Source: Octopus bimaculoides (Eukaryota). Taken from it: 64,000 nucleotides of DNA. Every line of letters begins with the position of its first letter. Positions within the stretch are counted from its first letter, which is position 1. The position numbers and the translations under genes were made by a program. The stretch is from NCBI RefSeq assembly GCF_001194135.2, contig NC_068992.1, positions 52,820,705-52,884,704 of the forward strand, given 5' to 3'. The notes beneath the pieces were generated by a model, which worked only from the letters and a program-made list of their open reading frames with translations, ran no database searches and was not told the origin of the DNA. Of this stretch, positions 40,901 through 54,825 are shown one piece after another.

Positions 40901-42050
40901 TGAAATTTAGTTGGAGGGAAGTATTCTATTACATCGCTCCCAGTGCGTAACTTAAAATATGTCTTCGACCTGGAAAGAATTAACGGCAAAGCTGGCCGTG
41001 ACCGAATTTGAGCTTAGATGGCAAAGCTAGAAATAATGGTGCTGAACATTTTATCAAACGTGTAAACGATTTTGCCAGTTTACCGCACAAAAAGAGAAAT
41101 TTAATGATTGAACCGAGAACAAGATTAACAATCAGAAATATTATATAAGTCGGAATTATACGTAACTAGAATACTTATATAACATATTTACTCGTGGGAC
41201 TAGAAATATATATCGTTAGTGAATACGGGGAAATTAACATAAATATCTACAAAAAAATATGAGCCAAACCCCAGAAAATTGTATTATGTCTTCAAGGACA
41301 ATAAACAATGGAGAAGAGAAGCTGAAATAGCAGAGAAATCTACAAGAAACGAAAAACAATATCAGGGATTGGCAAAGCAGTTACTTTAAATTGAAAATGA
41401 AACTAGAGAAGGGTGGTTAAAGCGATGAAAGAAAAGCTATAATGACCAAAGCCTCGGAAAGAAAACTTGAAGACAGCAGAAACAGGCGAAGAAAATTCAC
41501 ATCACGGCCTGGATATAAGCATAAAGCAACGTTAAGGGTGAAGGTAATTAATTGCTGCACTGGATCAAAACTTATATATCAGAATCCATCAACAGATCAA
41601 ACCAAGTAGAATGAATTAAGAATGTGAAAATGAATAAACATTGAAATGCATTTTCGCTAGCAATTCTTAGCCGTAAAAGATACATGAAATACCTACAGCG
41701 GTACGACATATATTTGCTACACTGGAGATTATGCTAGCATTAATGTATGCGAAAACAGGCGCCGAGAGAATGATAAAAAGATCATACTCAAAAATATGCA
41801 AATCTGCAAAGACAGAGACTCAAGCATAATCGAGTACATATTGCTGAGTACAACGGAATAACAAAGTGTTACATCAGAATATTCGAAAACAATGGGGGAA
41901 AAACAAAATTCATAGATGCAGAATAAGAAAAGTAAGACATGGATTATGGTAAAATGAGAACAATTCCTTGACAAGAGTATAAAACTCAAGGACTCCGGTG
42001 GTCTAGTGTTAGTATTGCACAGAAATGTTGCGTCAGTAATTAGCAGCAAC
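37950..42050 (+). mobile_element. Nearly full-length, heavily decayed R4/Dong retrotransposon with nested insertions
   Basis: Collinear motifs PKNYRSITCL (38963), EEQNGRC, ISIRRHVYQG (~39345), QISHFLHV (~40373), YLGIAKIDTV (~40660), IAALDQNL (~41550), YLQRYDIYLLHWRLC (~41690), LKHNRVHI (~41818). The 5' boundary is approximate. Confidence 0.8.
40877..41086 (-). mobile_element. SINE family 3 copy inserted in the R4/Dong element
   Basis: ctcccagtgcgtaact...ttcgacctggaaagaattaacggcaaagc...gaatttgagct...aaacgattttgccagtttaccgc matches the family 3 reverse strand. Confidence 0.75.
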
Positions 42051-42842
42051 TTCTGGAATGGTAAATATTTCCTAATGCCGAGCAAATGGCATTTTATCAC
42101 GTTGTCCGTTATAACCATCAGTCGACGCATAAGAAAATGTATCGTTATGTTGAGTCGTAAATGATTGCTTGCATTCAGCATTTCAATATGTATTTTGAGT
42201 TTAAATAAAAAGGTTGAAACTGATGTTACTAAATAATCCCAACACATAGCTTTCGGTTAGTTTCTTTCTAATAAAGACATTATGAAATAAAAAGGAAAAG
42301 CAAAACTATAATTCATGTTGCTGATTGTTCATTTCTTACGATTTGTTACAGAAAGAATGCACCTAAAACTGCACATTTGATGCCCAGTCTTCATTAACAA
42401 TTTGAGAGTCAACGAAAGCCCAGCCCCATGTAATTCAACTATTTCATAAATGCACTTTACTGTTGGGAGAAACTACTGAAAAGTATATTCCGTTACGTAA
42501 TGTATCTTCTTTGGATTTGATGCAACAGCTATTCGTCTTCAATGCATGGTTCCTAGCAAAACTTACTGTTTCGCAAGATTAGTGGTCGAAAATTGGAAAT
42601 GTTTCAGGAGATAATCAAAGATGACATGCATCTGCAATATCAGCAATCATGAACATAAATAGTCAAATTCTGATTGGTTTTCCAATATGAATATGCCATA
42701 ACGACATTGGAAATACATAAAACAGTCTTACATTTGTCAACTCTATAGCTTGCAGACACCGTTTCCTTTGCTATAAATATTATTAAGACGAGTTAATGAT
42801 TTATGCATTGCTCAGGCATACCAACGCATAGATTGCACGATG

Positions 42843-43045
<203 letters not shown>

Positions 43046-43459
43046 TTAAATTAGATTAGATTATATATTTTATCATTTGTTATTTGTACGGTGGTAATAT
43101 ATGCATAAACGGATGATTAGTATTTTTGAAACTTTTCTTGTAGTTCAGTGATGGGAGTTTACCCGGTGGTATACATGTACATCAGTATTGCTATGAATGA
43201 ACTCTCGGCTTGCCATCCTTCACCTCTTTATCTATGTACACATCTTGTCATTAAAATCACAATTAAATCACACATACACATACATGTACACATACGTACA
43301 CATACTCAAGCATAAATAAGGCTAGTCAAATAATATCATTCATATCTGTTTACGTAGAAAAGCATGGCTTGTCGTCGACTGTATGTACGTGAGAGTGTAC
43401 ATCCATATGGTTCTTGGTTGATCTCCTTTAGAGATTTATATAATGCTGTACATCAGTGA

Positions 43460-43515
<56 letters not shown>

Positions 43516-44206
43516 GAGAGAATGTGAGAAAGAGGGTTGAGAGAGAGAGAATAAAAAAATTTGCTTTCGTGGAACGTTGATCTACTTGGAAAATTCATAT
43601 GCTGAGGGTTAAGCATTAGTAATTGGTGGGAAACAGCTATGCTCGCGATTTTAGTCCAGGTTTGCAAGGCTGGATTACTTACATTTATTTTGCTTATCAG
43701 AATTGCTATATAGCATATGCTGTTGTCACTGTTACTGCAATATGTGATAATAACCTATTTGAAAAAGAGAAATATACCTGGCACTTCTTTCATGGCAATT
43801 GTTAAAAATTGAAGAAATGTGCAGACTATAAATGTGATATTATTTGTTTAAAAGAACGGTAGCATGGTAATAAAGAAAGGAGAGATAAAAAAAAGAACAC
43901 TCTATAGTTCAAACATATTTAACTTCCAATCAATCACATTAGATAGATATGAGTATGAGAATGATAATATATTCATTAAAATCCGAAATTTAAAAGCATC
44001 ATTCAATGGAAGCATAACTTGTATCCTCTTAACATTTCGTATAATATGACAAATGGTATCTAGTATTGAATAAAACCTAAGTTGAAATAAACCTTGTGGA
44101 TGAAAGAGCTTTTCACACGAATTGATAGAAGTATTACTGCTACAGTAGCTGACACATTTGTACCAGTCTAACGGAGTATTACATTTTTTTATGACTAGTC
44201 AGTATC

Positions 44207-44414
44207 TAGGAGGGGTTGCTAAACGTTGCTAGCTATAAGAGCACCGCGAAAGGCCTGGTTGGAGACCCACACTTCCGAGTTCTTTTACAGGGTTTAGAAT
44301 CACTGAAGGAATGCTGAAATATGTGTGTGAATCTGAGAGGAGAAAATCATAATTAACTGATCGTCCTATATTTTCTATTACCCAATGCCAGGATCTTTTC
44401 AGCACCACTTCGTA
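44207..44414 (+). mobile_element. Mariner-derived MITE, copy 2
   Basis: Ends taggaggggttgctaaacgttgctagc and gccaggatcttttcagcaccacttcgta are inverted repeats; the interior (gagttcttttacaggg...tgaatctgag...gaaaatcat) is homologous to 1887-2107. Confidence 0.8.
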
Positions 44415-46621
44415 TATGCAACGACAGATTACCTAGATCACCAGTCAAACAGTTTCGTTACCGGGGCCATGTTGATGTGAAACTAACAAACCGCAGATTG
44501 TCTTGAAGTAGAAATATGAGCTAAAACACCAGCTTTTCTCTGCTTAGTGTTATAAAGCCCACTCTGAAGAATCAACTATCAATGGTCTTGAAGATATATA
44601 TCGCATATTATAAAATCCTAAACGATCAACCAAACTTCCAAATCGATGCTATCTCATATATTAAGTTTTAGTCATTCTTCAACATCTTGAACTTATTACG
44701 TACAAGTATAATTAAATCTATCTTGTCCCCAATCTCATTTAGTTTTCGGAAGCGAACATCTTTTTACCATTTATTGATTTTAATAGAGAGACTTCAGTTG
44801 AATTTATTTGTCTACAAGATCATCTCACTTTTAATATCACTTAAAATTTTCATTTTTATTTTAGTTGTTTTCTGCATATTTCTTTTTTTTTCTTTTTTTT
44901 TTCCTATTGACCTAGTCATTTTCATTGTCGTCAATGTAACACTTGTTAATATTCCATCAGGAGAACTAATTCAATTTTCGGCACTTATTTTCTCAGGAAG
45001 GAGTAGGGAAAAGTAGAAGACATAAAGCATTGTATTGTAATTTTTTTTCTTATTTAATCAATTATTATTGCTACATACATACAAACATATGCGTGTGTGT
45101 GTGTGTGTGTGTATGTATTGTTTGATCGATATACAAATTTGTTTGTGGTCGTGTGTATTCGTTCAATGAATTTCAGTATGATTGTTATATTCCCGGTACC
45201 ATATTTATATTTTAACTTGAGTATGTATGTTCGTACAAGCCTACACTCATACACGCCAAATAAGCTTACACGCATTCACATATAGACGTGCGTCTGTATG
45301 TATGTTTGTATTCTCCACATTCCTTTTACGTGTATCTTATTTGATTTAATGCTAATATTCAATAATATCGTATTTATTTATTTACATTACTGACAGAAAT
45401 GGAGTTAAAAAAAAAAAATGACAAAATAGCAATGACTGAGGAGTATTCTTGTTCGTGTTATTTTTCTAATGAAACCTTATTAAATTTTTTAGACTAGGAT
45501 TATTTTAATTGGAAAATAGAAAAAAATATCAGTGCGTCAGAATGGTATATTGTGTTCTCATCTAATCAAAAAAGAATTATCTACGATGAAACATCTCAGT
45601 AAATACCTGCGTTATAAAGTTATATCATTATAAATACACTTGATATCACCACATCATTTGATCACAAGAATTTCCTTTGTTTTCTACTATTATGTTTGCT
45701 AAAAACGTAACTACTTTGATCTACGTCAATAGTATTCTTCTGAAATGAAATTATACAATTACAGGAAGCCTAATTTTTTTTTACGTAGAGATTGGTTCTT
45801 TTTACTACTATTATTCATGTTTATTTTTTTTTTGTCATGTTTCAATATACAAATAAATAGTTCCTCGGAAATGGATAAACCCATAAAATTGCTAAAGATC
45901 ATTCAAACTGGTGTATAAGTAGCTTATTCTATTTTTTTAAAAATTTTGTTTTAAATAATTATGTTACATCTTGTGTTCTTTCTCTCATAAACATACAGTT
46001 AGAAGGAAAAGCAGAAATATGAAGGGCCGTTATTTATTTTTTTTATTTTAAGGCAATTTTTAAAAAATTAAAAAAGTACACCAGCATATCAACTAAACAT
46101 TATTCATTGCTATGCCTGCCGTGTTGTCTTGTACAAAGTTTGAAGCACAGGGATTAAGGATACAAACTGTAAAGTTATCTAGAAAATAACTGAGGTGAGG
46201 AGATGAGAAATGGTAAACACTATGAAATACAATCGATGAATTGATGGACTAACTTTTCCATTTCTTATTTTCAGCTGATTTCAGTTAAATGTAAAATATA
46301 TGTGAAATGGACTTTGGCTAAATTTTAGAAGTGCAAATTCAATCTTTATTTCTACTTATTTGTCCTAAAGCAACATCAACACAATTATATATTCGACTTT
46401 ACTGAATTACGTCTGCACAAAATCGTGTTCAACAAGGTCTCCTGTAAACGGCTGACTATTTAGCGTTATGGTCTTATTTAATATATTGAATATGACTGGT
46501 CTTCACTAACTAAATAGCGTTCTCTTCATAAACACTGCCATATTGTTAGATGAAACTTAATTCTAAAGACAAGTAAGGTATTTTTTTTTAATCTTAGATA
46601 GTTATGATATTTATGTATATG

Positions 46622-46998
46622 ATCATGCCCGGCTATGTGGAAAAAAATAACTTGCCAGCCACATGGTCCCGAGCTGAGTCCCATTGCTTGGCACCTTAGG
46701 GAAGTGTCTTCTGCTGTAACCACGAACCGACCAAAGCCTTGTCAGTGGATTTGGTAGACGAAAATTGAAAGAAACCTGTCGTGTATATGTCAGTGCGTGT
46801 GTGTGTTTCTGCGTGTGTCTTTGCGTGTGTCTACCACCATCGCTCGACAACCAATGTTGGTGTATTTCCGTCCTCGTAACTTAGTGAACCGATTGAATAA
46901 GTATCAGGCTTTAAAAATAAGTAGCACGGTCAAGTCATTCGACTAGAAATTTTTGTATGTGGTACCCTTGCATGGCCAGTCTAACGACTGAAACAAAT
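46622..46998 (+). mobile_element. SINE family 1, moderately diverged copy
   Basis: ggcaccttagggaagtgtcttc...ccgaccaaagccttgtcagtggatttggtagacg...gcatggccagtctaacgactgaaaca. Confidence 0.9.
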
Positions 46999-48341
46999 AT
47001 GTTATGAAAGACTAATGATTAAAGAATTCAGACTTTGCTGCTGGCGAATAACATTAGTAACTTACGATTGCTTTTACAATTACTTTAAATCCAAAAACTT
47101 GTGGTCAATCAAATACAGTTATACCTAAGAATCTATTTGTGCCCTCCACAAATACCGACTTAACAATTTGACTTATGGAAATCTAAGAAATTTGTGGAAT
47201 CATTTCATTACTATATCTAATGATACTCTGCACACATATATGAATGTAGAATCTGCAGTTTAAGAAAATTGGTGGTAGCTTGTATCTACAATAAAGTTCC
47301 AATGATGTATTTAAAGCGTGAGTGTTTTGTTCGTTTTGTTCGTATGATATACGGATTGATAAATCTAACGTCTTTTGAAAGCGTTTTCTTCGCCAAAAAG
47401 TGATGAAGGCTGTAGAGAATCAGAGGTTCACAGAAAGATAGATGGTATATATAAAGACAAAATTTGATAATAATTGGAATGTGTATTCAAAATAAATCAT
47501 TCTCTTCTCACATCATCAAGAAAATGAGCACTTCACTGCACAAAAGATATCATAACTCATACAACGTTTCTGTGGAAATGGTTTTACGTATATATTTTCT
47601 TGTTCTTTCGAATTCATGAAAAACAAAAGAAAACAAATATAACCCTCCCTCTGTTTATATAATAGTCCACTACTTCACTAATTCGTGTGTTGAATAGCAA
47701 CAAGATCAAGAAGAACATTAATAACCAAAGCGTTCATCAAATCTTAAAATCAACGTCCAGTGATAACAGTTATTTTAATTTCTCTTTCCATTGTTTTCAT
47801 ACTGATATTCAGACGATGAAATGGAGTTCGTGCCTAGATTTTTCCATGATGTTAAACCTCCGTGACAACATTTTATCTGATATTAAATCGAGTATATTGT
47901 AGATTTTGCTTGGCAACATAATTCAAACAGAGAATATAATTTTCGCGTATACATTGATATGACTAACCTTTGTTCTAGGTATTTAACTATAAATCGTGTT
48001 TAACCAAATAAACCGAAGATCAATAATGCTCCAACCGTGCCAGACCATAAAATGTGATTACCAGAGATTACTTTGTCCGATATATTTATATTTCGAAAAT
48101 GCAAGATGTAATTTTAGGGAGTTTTGGGTACTTATTTTTGCAAGGATATATAATTGAATACAGGCGCCTCATGGACCAAATACAGTGATATTTATTTTTC
48201 TGTTATGTAACGCCAGATCTGTACCTACTGACCGGTGATATGACACAAGGCATTCAAATCAATTATGACTTTCACCCGCCTTTCTATGTACAGGTAACAT
48301 AGGACCACATTCGTTTATACGCCACACAATATAGTGGATTG

Positions 48342-48398
48342 TGATTTGAGTAACAAATGGTTCTGTTTCTTGATTTGAGTAACAAATGGTTCTGTTTC
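48342..48398. repeat. Tandem duplication, period 29 bp
   Basis: tgatttgagtaacaaatggttctgtttc occurs twice, separated by one t. Confidence 0.95.
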
Positions 48399-48860
48399 GT
48401 TGACATAAATGATATTGATTTTGAGGAGTAGTGAAAATTAGTCTCCAGGCACGTATCTATTTACGCCTATTTGAAATAAGTATTGAAATTGAAATATCTT
48501 AATGGAAATTAAAATAAATTGGTTGAAAGTCAGAACTCATGATTCTTTCCAAATATTTTCAGGCTGGTAGGAATAAGTTATGTTTAGTCTGTAATGGTCT
48601 GGTCACAGTAATTGCGAATGAGTGCAATTCACTATCAGAAGATAGTGTTGAACGAGGAGACTGAAAATGTAGACCGTACAAGAATTGGCTAACTAGATCT
48701 GTTCCGGTTAACATACCACCAAATTACTATTTCAAATTATCCAGTTCTAGGACTATATTCTCAAAAGGGACCATCCATTTTGTTTACGAGATAGATTGCT
48801 CCTTTAAGGAGGCTTTAACTGCTCCGTTTGCTAGGTCACAGCAAGATGGCATTATCGTTG

Positions 48861-48876
48861 TTAATAATAATAATGA

Positions 48877-48941
<65 letters not shown>

Positions 48942-48986
48942 ACAATAATAATAATAATAGTAATAATAATAATAATAATAATGATA

Positions 48987-49058
<72 letters not shown>
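48861..49058. repeat. Compound (TAA)n/(TAG)n array
   Basis: Read directly from the sequence. Confidence 0.97.
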
Positions 49059-49808
<750 letters not shown>

Positions 49809-50170
49809 GAGTGCCCTGATGCAGTACCAGGCACTGGCTCTCTCATGCCTTCTCTTCTTAACGGATTGGAATCGTTATCATGTACATGTTTTGTCTATGT
49901 ATATAAGGTGGGCCACAAAACATATTCTGTTCAATATCGCAGATTTGCTTGTCAGTTGTTTGAGTACGTCCCTTGGTGGTTGATGACATGTGCCTCTCTG
50001 ATCACACGCAGAAGCAATGAGGAAGCGTCATAGCCATGTGTTGAGAAGAATTCTGTGGGATTTGAATGATTCACACCTTGAAACATGTGTTCACCATCCA
50101 TAAACAACCGTCATTTAGGAACCGTTTGGACAGGATTGGCTACTCGTCCAGAAGGAAATAGAGTTCGATA
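49809..50170. mobile_element. Unnamed interspersed repeat beginning exactly at the end of the (TAA)n array
   Basis: Abrupt switch to more GC-balanced, non-coding sequence (gagtgccctgatgcagtaccaggcactggctctc...). I recognise it as an octopus dispersed repeat, but it is single-copy in this window. Confidence 0.5.
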
Positions 50171-50219
50171 ATAGCTTCCATTATTTTAAATGAATTGCTC
50201 TCAAAAATCAAAATCTCAT

Positions 50220-50670
50220 ATGAAGAATTACCTGTCGATCTAAACCCCAATTACAGAGAGGAACAGTGACAAAACTTCAAATGAGGTATTACCTGCGCGT
50301 CCAAACCCCAATTACTGAGAGGAACTTGACAAAATAATTCTGGAAATAGAGGAAGGCAATTTCATTATTAAGGCGGAATCTAGGACTTTACGGTCAGAAA
50401 GAAGAACACCTGTATTTTATCGTCTCCCTAAAATACACAAAAACGTTCTAAACATTTCATCCAATGTAACCATTTTGCCGCGGATATGTACAGTCAAGAT
50501 TTCGAAATAGCTGGAGTCCATATATTCGCGATACACTTGATTTTGGATTTGATATCAATAACTTTTTTAAGCACCGATGCCATGTAGAAAACAATTTTTT
50601 GATAACCATGGATGTTTCTTCATTATATCCCAATATTGACCACGATGAAAGGGTAGAAGCAGGCATGAAT
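50220..50670 (+). mobile_element. Penelope-like element reverse-transcriptase fragment
   Basis: Peptides RTPVFYRLPKIHK, YIRDTLDF and LITMDVSSLYPNIDHDE are characteristic Penelope-like RT motifs; frameshifts are present. Confidence 0.9.
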
Positions 50671-50692
50671 GCCTGTCAAAAACATACACACA

Positions 50693-51130
50693 CAGAGTAA
50701 TCCCCCGACTATCGTGGGTGTCACGTTTCAAAACTCCCCGCGATAGGCGAAAGTCTGCGATGTAGAAACAATACTGTACTGTATGTATTTTTTATTACTT
50801 TTTATAATTTGCATATATTTACTTTATTATAACTGCAAAACAATACCACACACTCGCTTTCCTTTTCCTTACAGTATGTGCGTCTCTCTGTTTGCTCGTT
50901 TTGATTCATGTGTTATAGAGTGCAATACTATAATCTATCTTTGTTAATTAATTTACTAGTTTTTAGGCGTGAAAATGCCATAGAAATACTGAAAATCTGA
51001 AAACAATAAAAATACCTATCGGCCCGCGATATACTGAGGATTTCGCGATATGAATTTACATATATTAGCCCATTTACATATATTAGCCCATCTGTGATGT
51101 ACTGAGTGTGATATGGCGATGGATTACTGT
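50693..51130. mobile_element. Tigger/pogo-like MITE
   Basis: Ends cagagtaatcccccgactatcg and gatatggcgatggattactg resemble CAGTAATCC-type TIRs; subterminal ccgcgata motifs near both ends; AT-rich interior. Confidence 0.65.
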
Positions 51131-51226
51131 GTATATGTATATATATATATATACTCGTTATTACATCAAAAGATCTGCCAGCTATGAAACATATGTATCC
51201 TGAATTTTACCTTCTCTACATTTTCA

Positions 51227-51273
<47 letters not shown>

Positions 51274-52594
51274 AGTAAAAATAAATACAAAAAAGGTGGG
51301 TTTTTTTGTATGATTGTGTATAGAGGAATATATTATTTTGTTTAAAAGAGTTCCAACACTGTCTGTTTTTTATGTTTTATTTATATTCCTGCAGAATCAA
51401 TGTGGGGTATAGAATATGGAATATACAATATATAATATAAAATAAAATAAAATAAAAATGGATGGCACCATGAAATAAAGTATTGAATGTAGATGAAATA
51501 TTGAGTGTTCAATATAAAGGATCAAATATATAAATATAAATATATAAAGGCGACTCGAGTTTCAGGGCTATTTCCCTTCGTCATGGCGGGTATGACAGAC
51601 TTTAACGGTATAACAGACTATAATATATATAGTTCTTAGATCTAATTAAAAGCATCCCACACGTGATCGTCTCCTATTTACAAAAAAAAACAAAACGTGC
51701 CATCAAGGTCTGTCACGTCATCGAATGTGTCTGGTTTTTGTAAGAAGCGTTGGTCACTACTTCTAGCATTCGATCAAACATGAAAAGAATCTGATAAAAT
51801 ATCATGTGATAAATGTAAATTTATCTTGTTAAATATGCCATACACTACATGAATTTATTATATTTTCTGCCAATATAGATTTACAGACTCTAAATAAAAT
51901 AGCGAACACTTCGGAATTATGATGAATCCATTTACTACATTTTATTGTTTATTGTTACAGCTTTATATTACTGTATGGTTACAGTTTCAAATTCTTTTCT
52001 AGTCTTACATTTTATTTGACTTTCTTTTTCTAGTTGCCAACAGCAACTAAAAACCAGAAAGTTGATGCTATTCTAAGAAAGTATCATCATGAAAGTATAT
52101 TACATTTTCTTCTTTTGTGCTGACATTTGCTGATCAGACAGTGCACTAAGAAGCGGTACATTATGTTCTATAATCTGCACAAATGCCTGTAGATTCTTTC
52201 TCAATACACGTGAAACACTCCTACACAATCATGTATAGTCGCGTAACATGTATACTACGCATGTATACACTCGTACCATATACAATGCTTATATATAGAC
52301 CCGTTGCATATACTGATAGTAAGTATACATACATATGCGTATATATATATATATATATATATGCGTATGTTCGTGTCTGTCTTTCTCACGCCCGCTCTCT
52401 CTTTCTTTTAATCTACATATATAAATATGCGTGTGTGCGTGTGCGTGTGCGTGTGTGTGCGTCTGTGTGTGAGTGAGTGTGTGTACAGTTGCACTACAAA
52501 GAAAACTTATATACATACGCACTGTATGCTACCTCGAGGAAGAGACAGCGTTATAGATTAATGGACAAAAAATAGCATTCAGACAGTGCGTAAA

Positions 52595-52745
52595 GTAGTG
52601 GTGGTAGTCTTTGTTGTTGTTGTTGTCCTTCTTCTTCTTCTTCTTCTTCTTCTTCTTCTTCTTCTTCTTCTTCTTCTTCTTCTTCTTCTTCTTCTTCTTC
52701 TAGTAGTAGTAGTAGTAGCCGCAGCAGCAGCGGTTGAAGTGGTAG
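52595..52745. repeat. Compound triplet array (GTG/GTT)(CTT)n(TAG)n(GCA)n
   Basis: Read directly from the sequence. Confidence 0.95.
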
Positions 52746-52913
52746 TATTGATTCCTAACAAGTGGTAAACATAAGATTTGGATATAAAATATTGCAGGGA
52801 TATTGTTTATTAAACGATCCGCAACATATTACTAGTGCAGTAATCTATTCACCATAAAGAGGAACAGTGTTGTCCAAGTCAAGAGTTTTAACATGCCATA
52901 TACATTGTTGTTG

Positions 52914-53017
52914 CCTGCTTGACTGTGTAGTAAGATGCTTTCTTCGCAACAACATGGTTCCGACTTCAGTCTCACTGCGTGGCACCTTGCCCAATTGTTT
53001 TCTCCTATAAGCCCGTC

Positions 53018-53022
<5 letters not shown>
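52914..53022 (+). mobile_element. SINE family 1, 5' part with internal deletion
   Basis: gactgtgtagtaagatgctt...catggttccgacttcagtctcactgcgtggcaccttg...ctataagcccgtc, then (TA)n. Confidence 0.8.
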
Positions 53023-53060
<38 letters not shown>

Positions 53061-54743
53061 GTAGAATAAGGATTCAGGTAGAATAGGGAATAGGGTACCT
53101 CAAAATATATGCACGAGGTAGGGGTGTATAAACCTGTGGTTCCGGCCCATGCTTGTTAAGAATAAACTAGGATAATTCCGGGTGTGTTCACAGAGAAAAA
53201 CCAACTCTGGGTACTTATCGCCTATGGGCTGGTCCAAAGCATGCTTTACGTTGACTTGTACGTTGCTGGTACACTCAAGCGTGTCCAACAAGTCGTATAA
53301 CCCCTTGGTATATTATAGTCAGATGAATAATAACAGAGAATGGATAATTGCCTGCTGATTACACCTGTTGCTTACGCATCTTTTTAATAGAAGAACGAGA
53401 ATATTACTTCATTAGAATAAACTGTAATTATCAGATGAAACGTAATTTGACAAACAAACAAATGTCCGAAGAATACAGCTGGGACGTGGATGAAATCTGT
53501 CGAGGCTAACTATGCAATTTGAGAATGACCAACAAAATTGGTCGTTGTGGGCATTAGGAGGTAGAGTTATGTTAAGAATATGGTTTGGGAAAGGGAGTAA
53601 TATGATATTTAAGGTTAACGGCCCAAGTAAGATATGAGTCTACTATCCTGTATCTTTGGTAGGTTAGAGGTCGGGTGTAGGTGACGTTTTATTATACTAG
53701 GCTTTGAGAAGTGTGTAGTTGGTAGAGGACCGAATATAAAGTAAGGATGAAGAAAGTAAAAAGTAAAAGAGGGGGAAGTTACGAAGGCAAACAAATGGTA
53801 AAGTGAAGAGATGTAGGTGTGTTGCGAGAAGCGTATTTCTATATTAGAGTGTGATGCATGGGATAAATTATACGTGTTTTGACGAATATGTGTATGAGTG
53901 CATGTGTGTATGTATATACACCCATGTGTTCGTGCATATGTGTAGTAGTGTGTGTATGTGTGGGTGTGTGTCTGAACGTGTAGGAGCGCGTATTGTGTGT
54001 GTGTGTATGTGTGTGTGTGTGTGTGTGTTTGCGTGTATGTGTAGTGTACTCTCACACGGTTGATTATTTACGATTCTGCTTTGCCGATATAATATGCTAT
54101 TCACTGTGGGCATGTGATACAGTAGATGAGAATTTCATTTGGCAATTCATGTTTGCATTCACCTTCAATTAATTCATATTTTTTTAATCTTTTGATTGTT
54201 CCTTGTTTAATTATTAAACACGTTCCAGAACAAGGGCAGCCACAGCGTGTACCTGTATTATTTATTTCTCTGATGTGAATTTTGCTTTCTTGAAGAAGAC
54301 TTTTCCCATTTGGTGCTTGCTTTCGACAACTGACAATTTGTGTTTCTAAAATTATTTGTCGTAGATTCGACGATTGACGTAGAATTGGATGGCATCGTTT
54401 GGCCGAATGTAATATGCAGTGCTTTCTAGAATCATGGCAAACTACAAATAGAATATTCGTATTTGTGTATGTGTTGTTTGCTTTATTGTCAAAGTTTCTC
54501 CATGACAGAGATTGATATTAACTTTTGTATATTATAGCTTCTGATGGAACATACTTAGCTCTACCTCTGGTTCTGTTGTGTCGACACCCCCAGACAAGGA
54601 AGTAGGATCTCCCAAGACATATAAATAGAGGTAGTCTGGCCGTGGTAGAGAGTTGAGTAGCAGTTGTGCAGCGGTTGATTAGAGATCATCTGAAGGTGCT
54701 AGATAGCAGTAGCTTGAGGCATAACAGTATCTCATCCTCGTCG

Positions 54744-54748
54744 CCACC

Positions 54749-54825
<77 letters not shown>
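54744..54825. repeat. (CCA)n/(TCA)n triplet array
   Basis: Read directly from the sequence. Confidence 0.97.

Noticed and set aside
42568-42632. Candidate exon MHVIFDYLLKHFQFSTTNLAK resembling a RhoGAP helix
   Set aside because: Spacing between the YLLxH and NLA motifs is too short for RhoGAP, and no partner exons were found.
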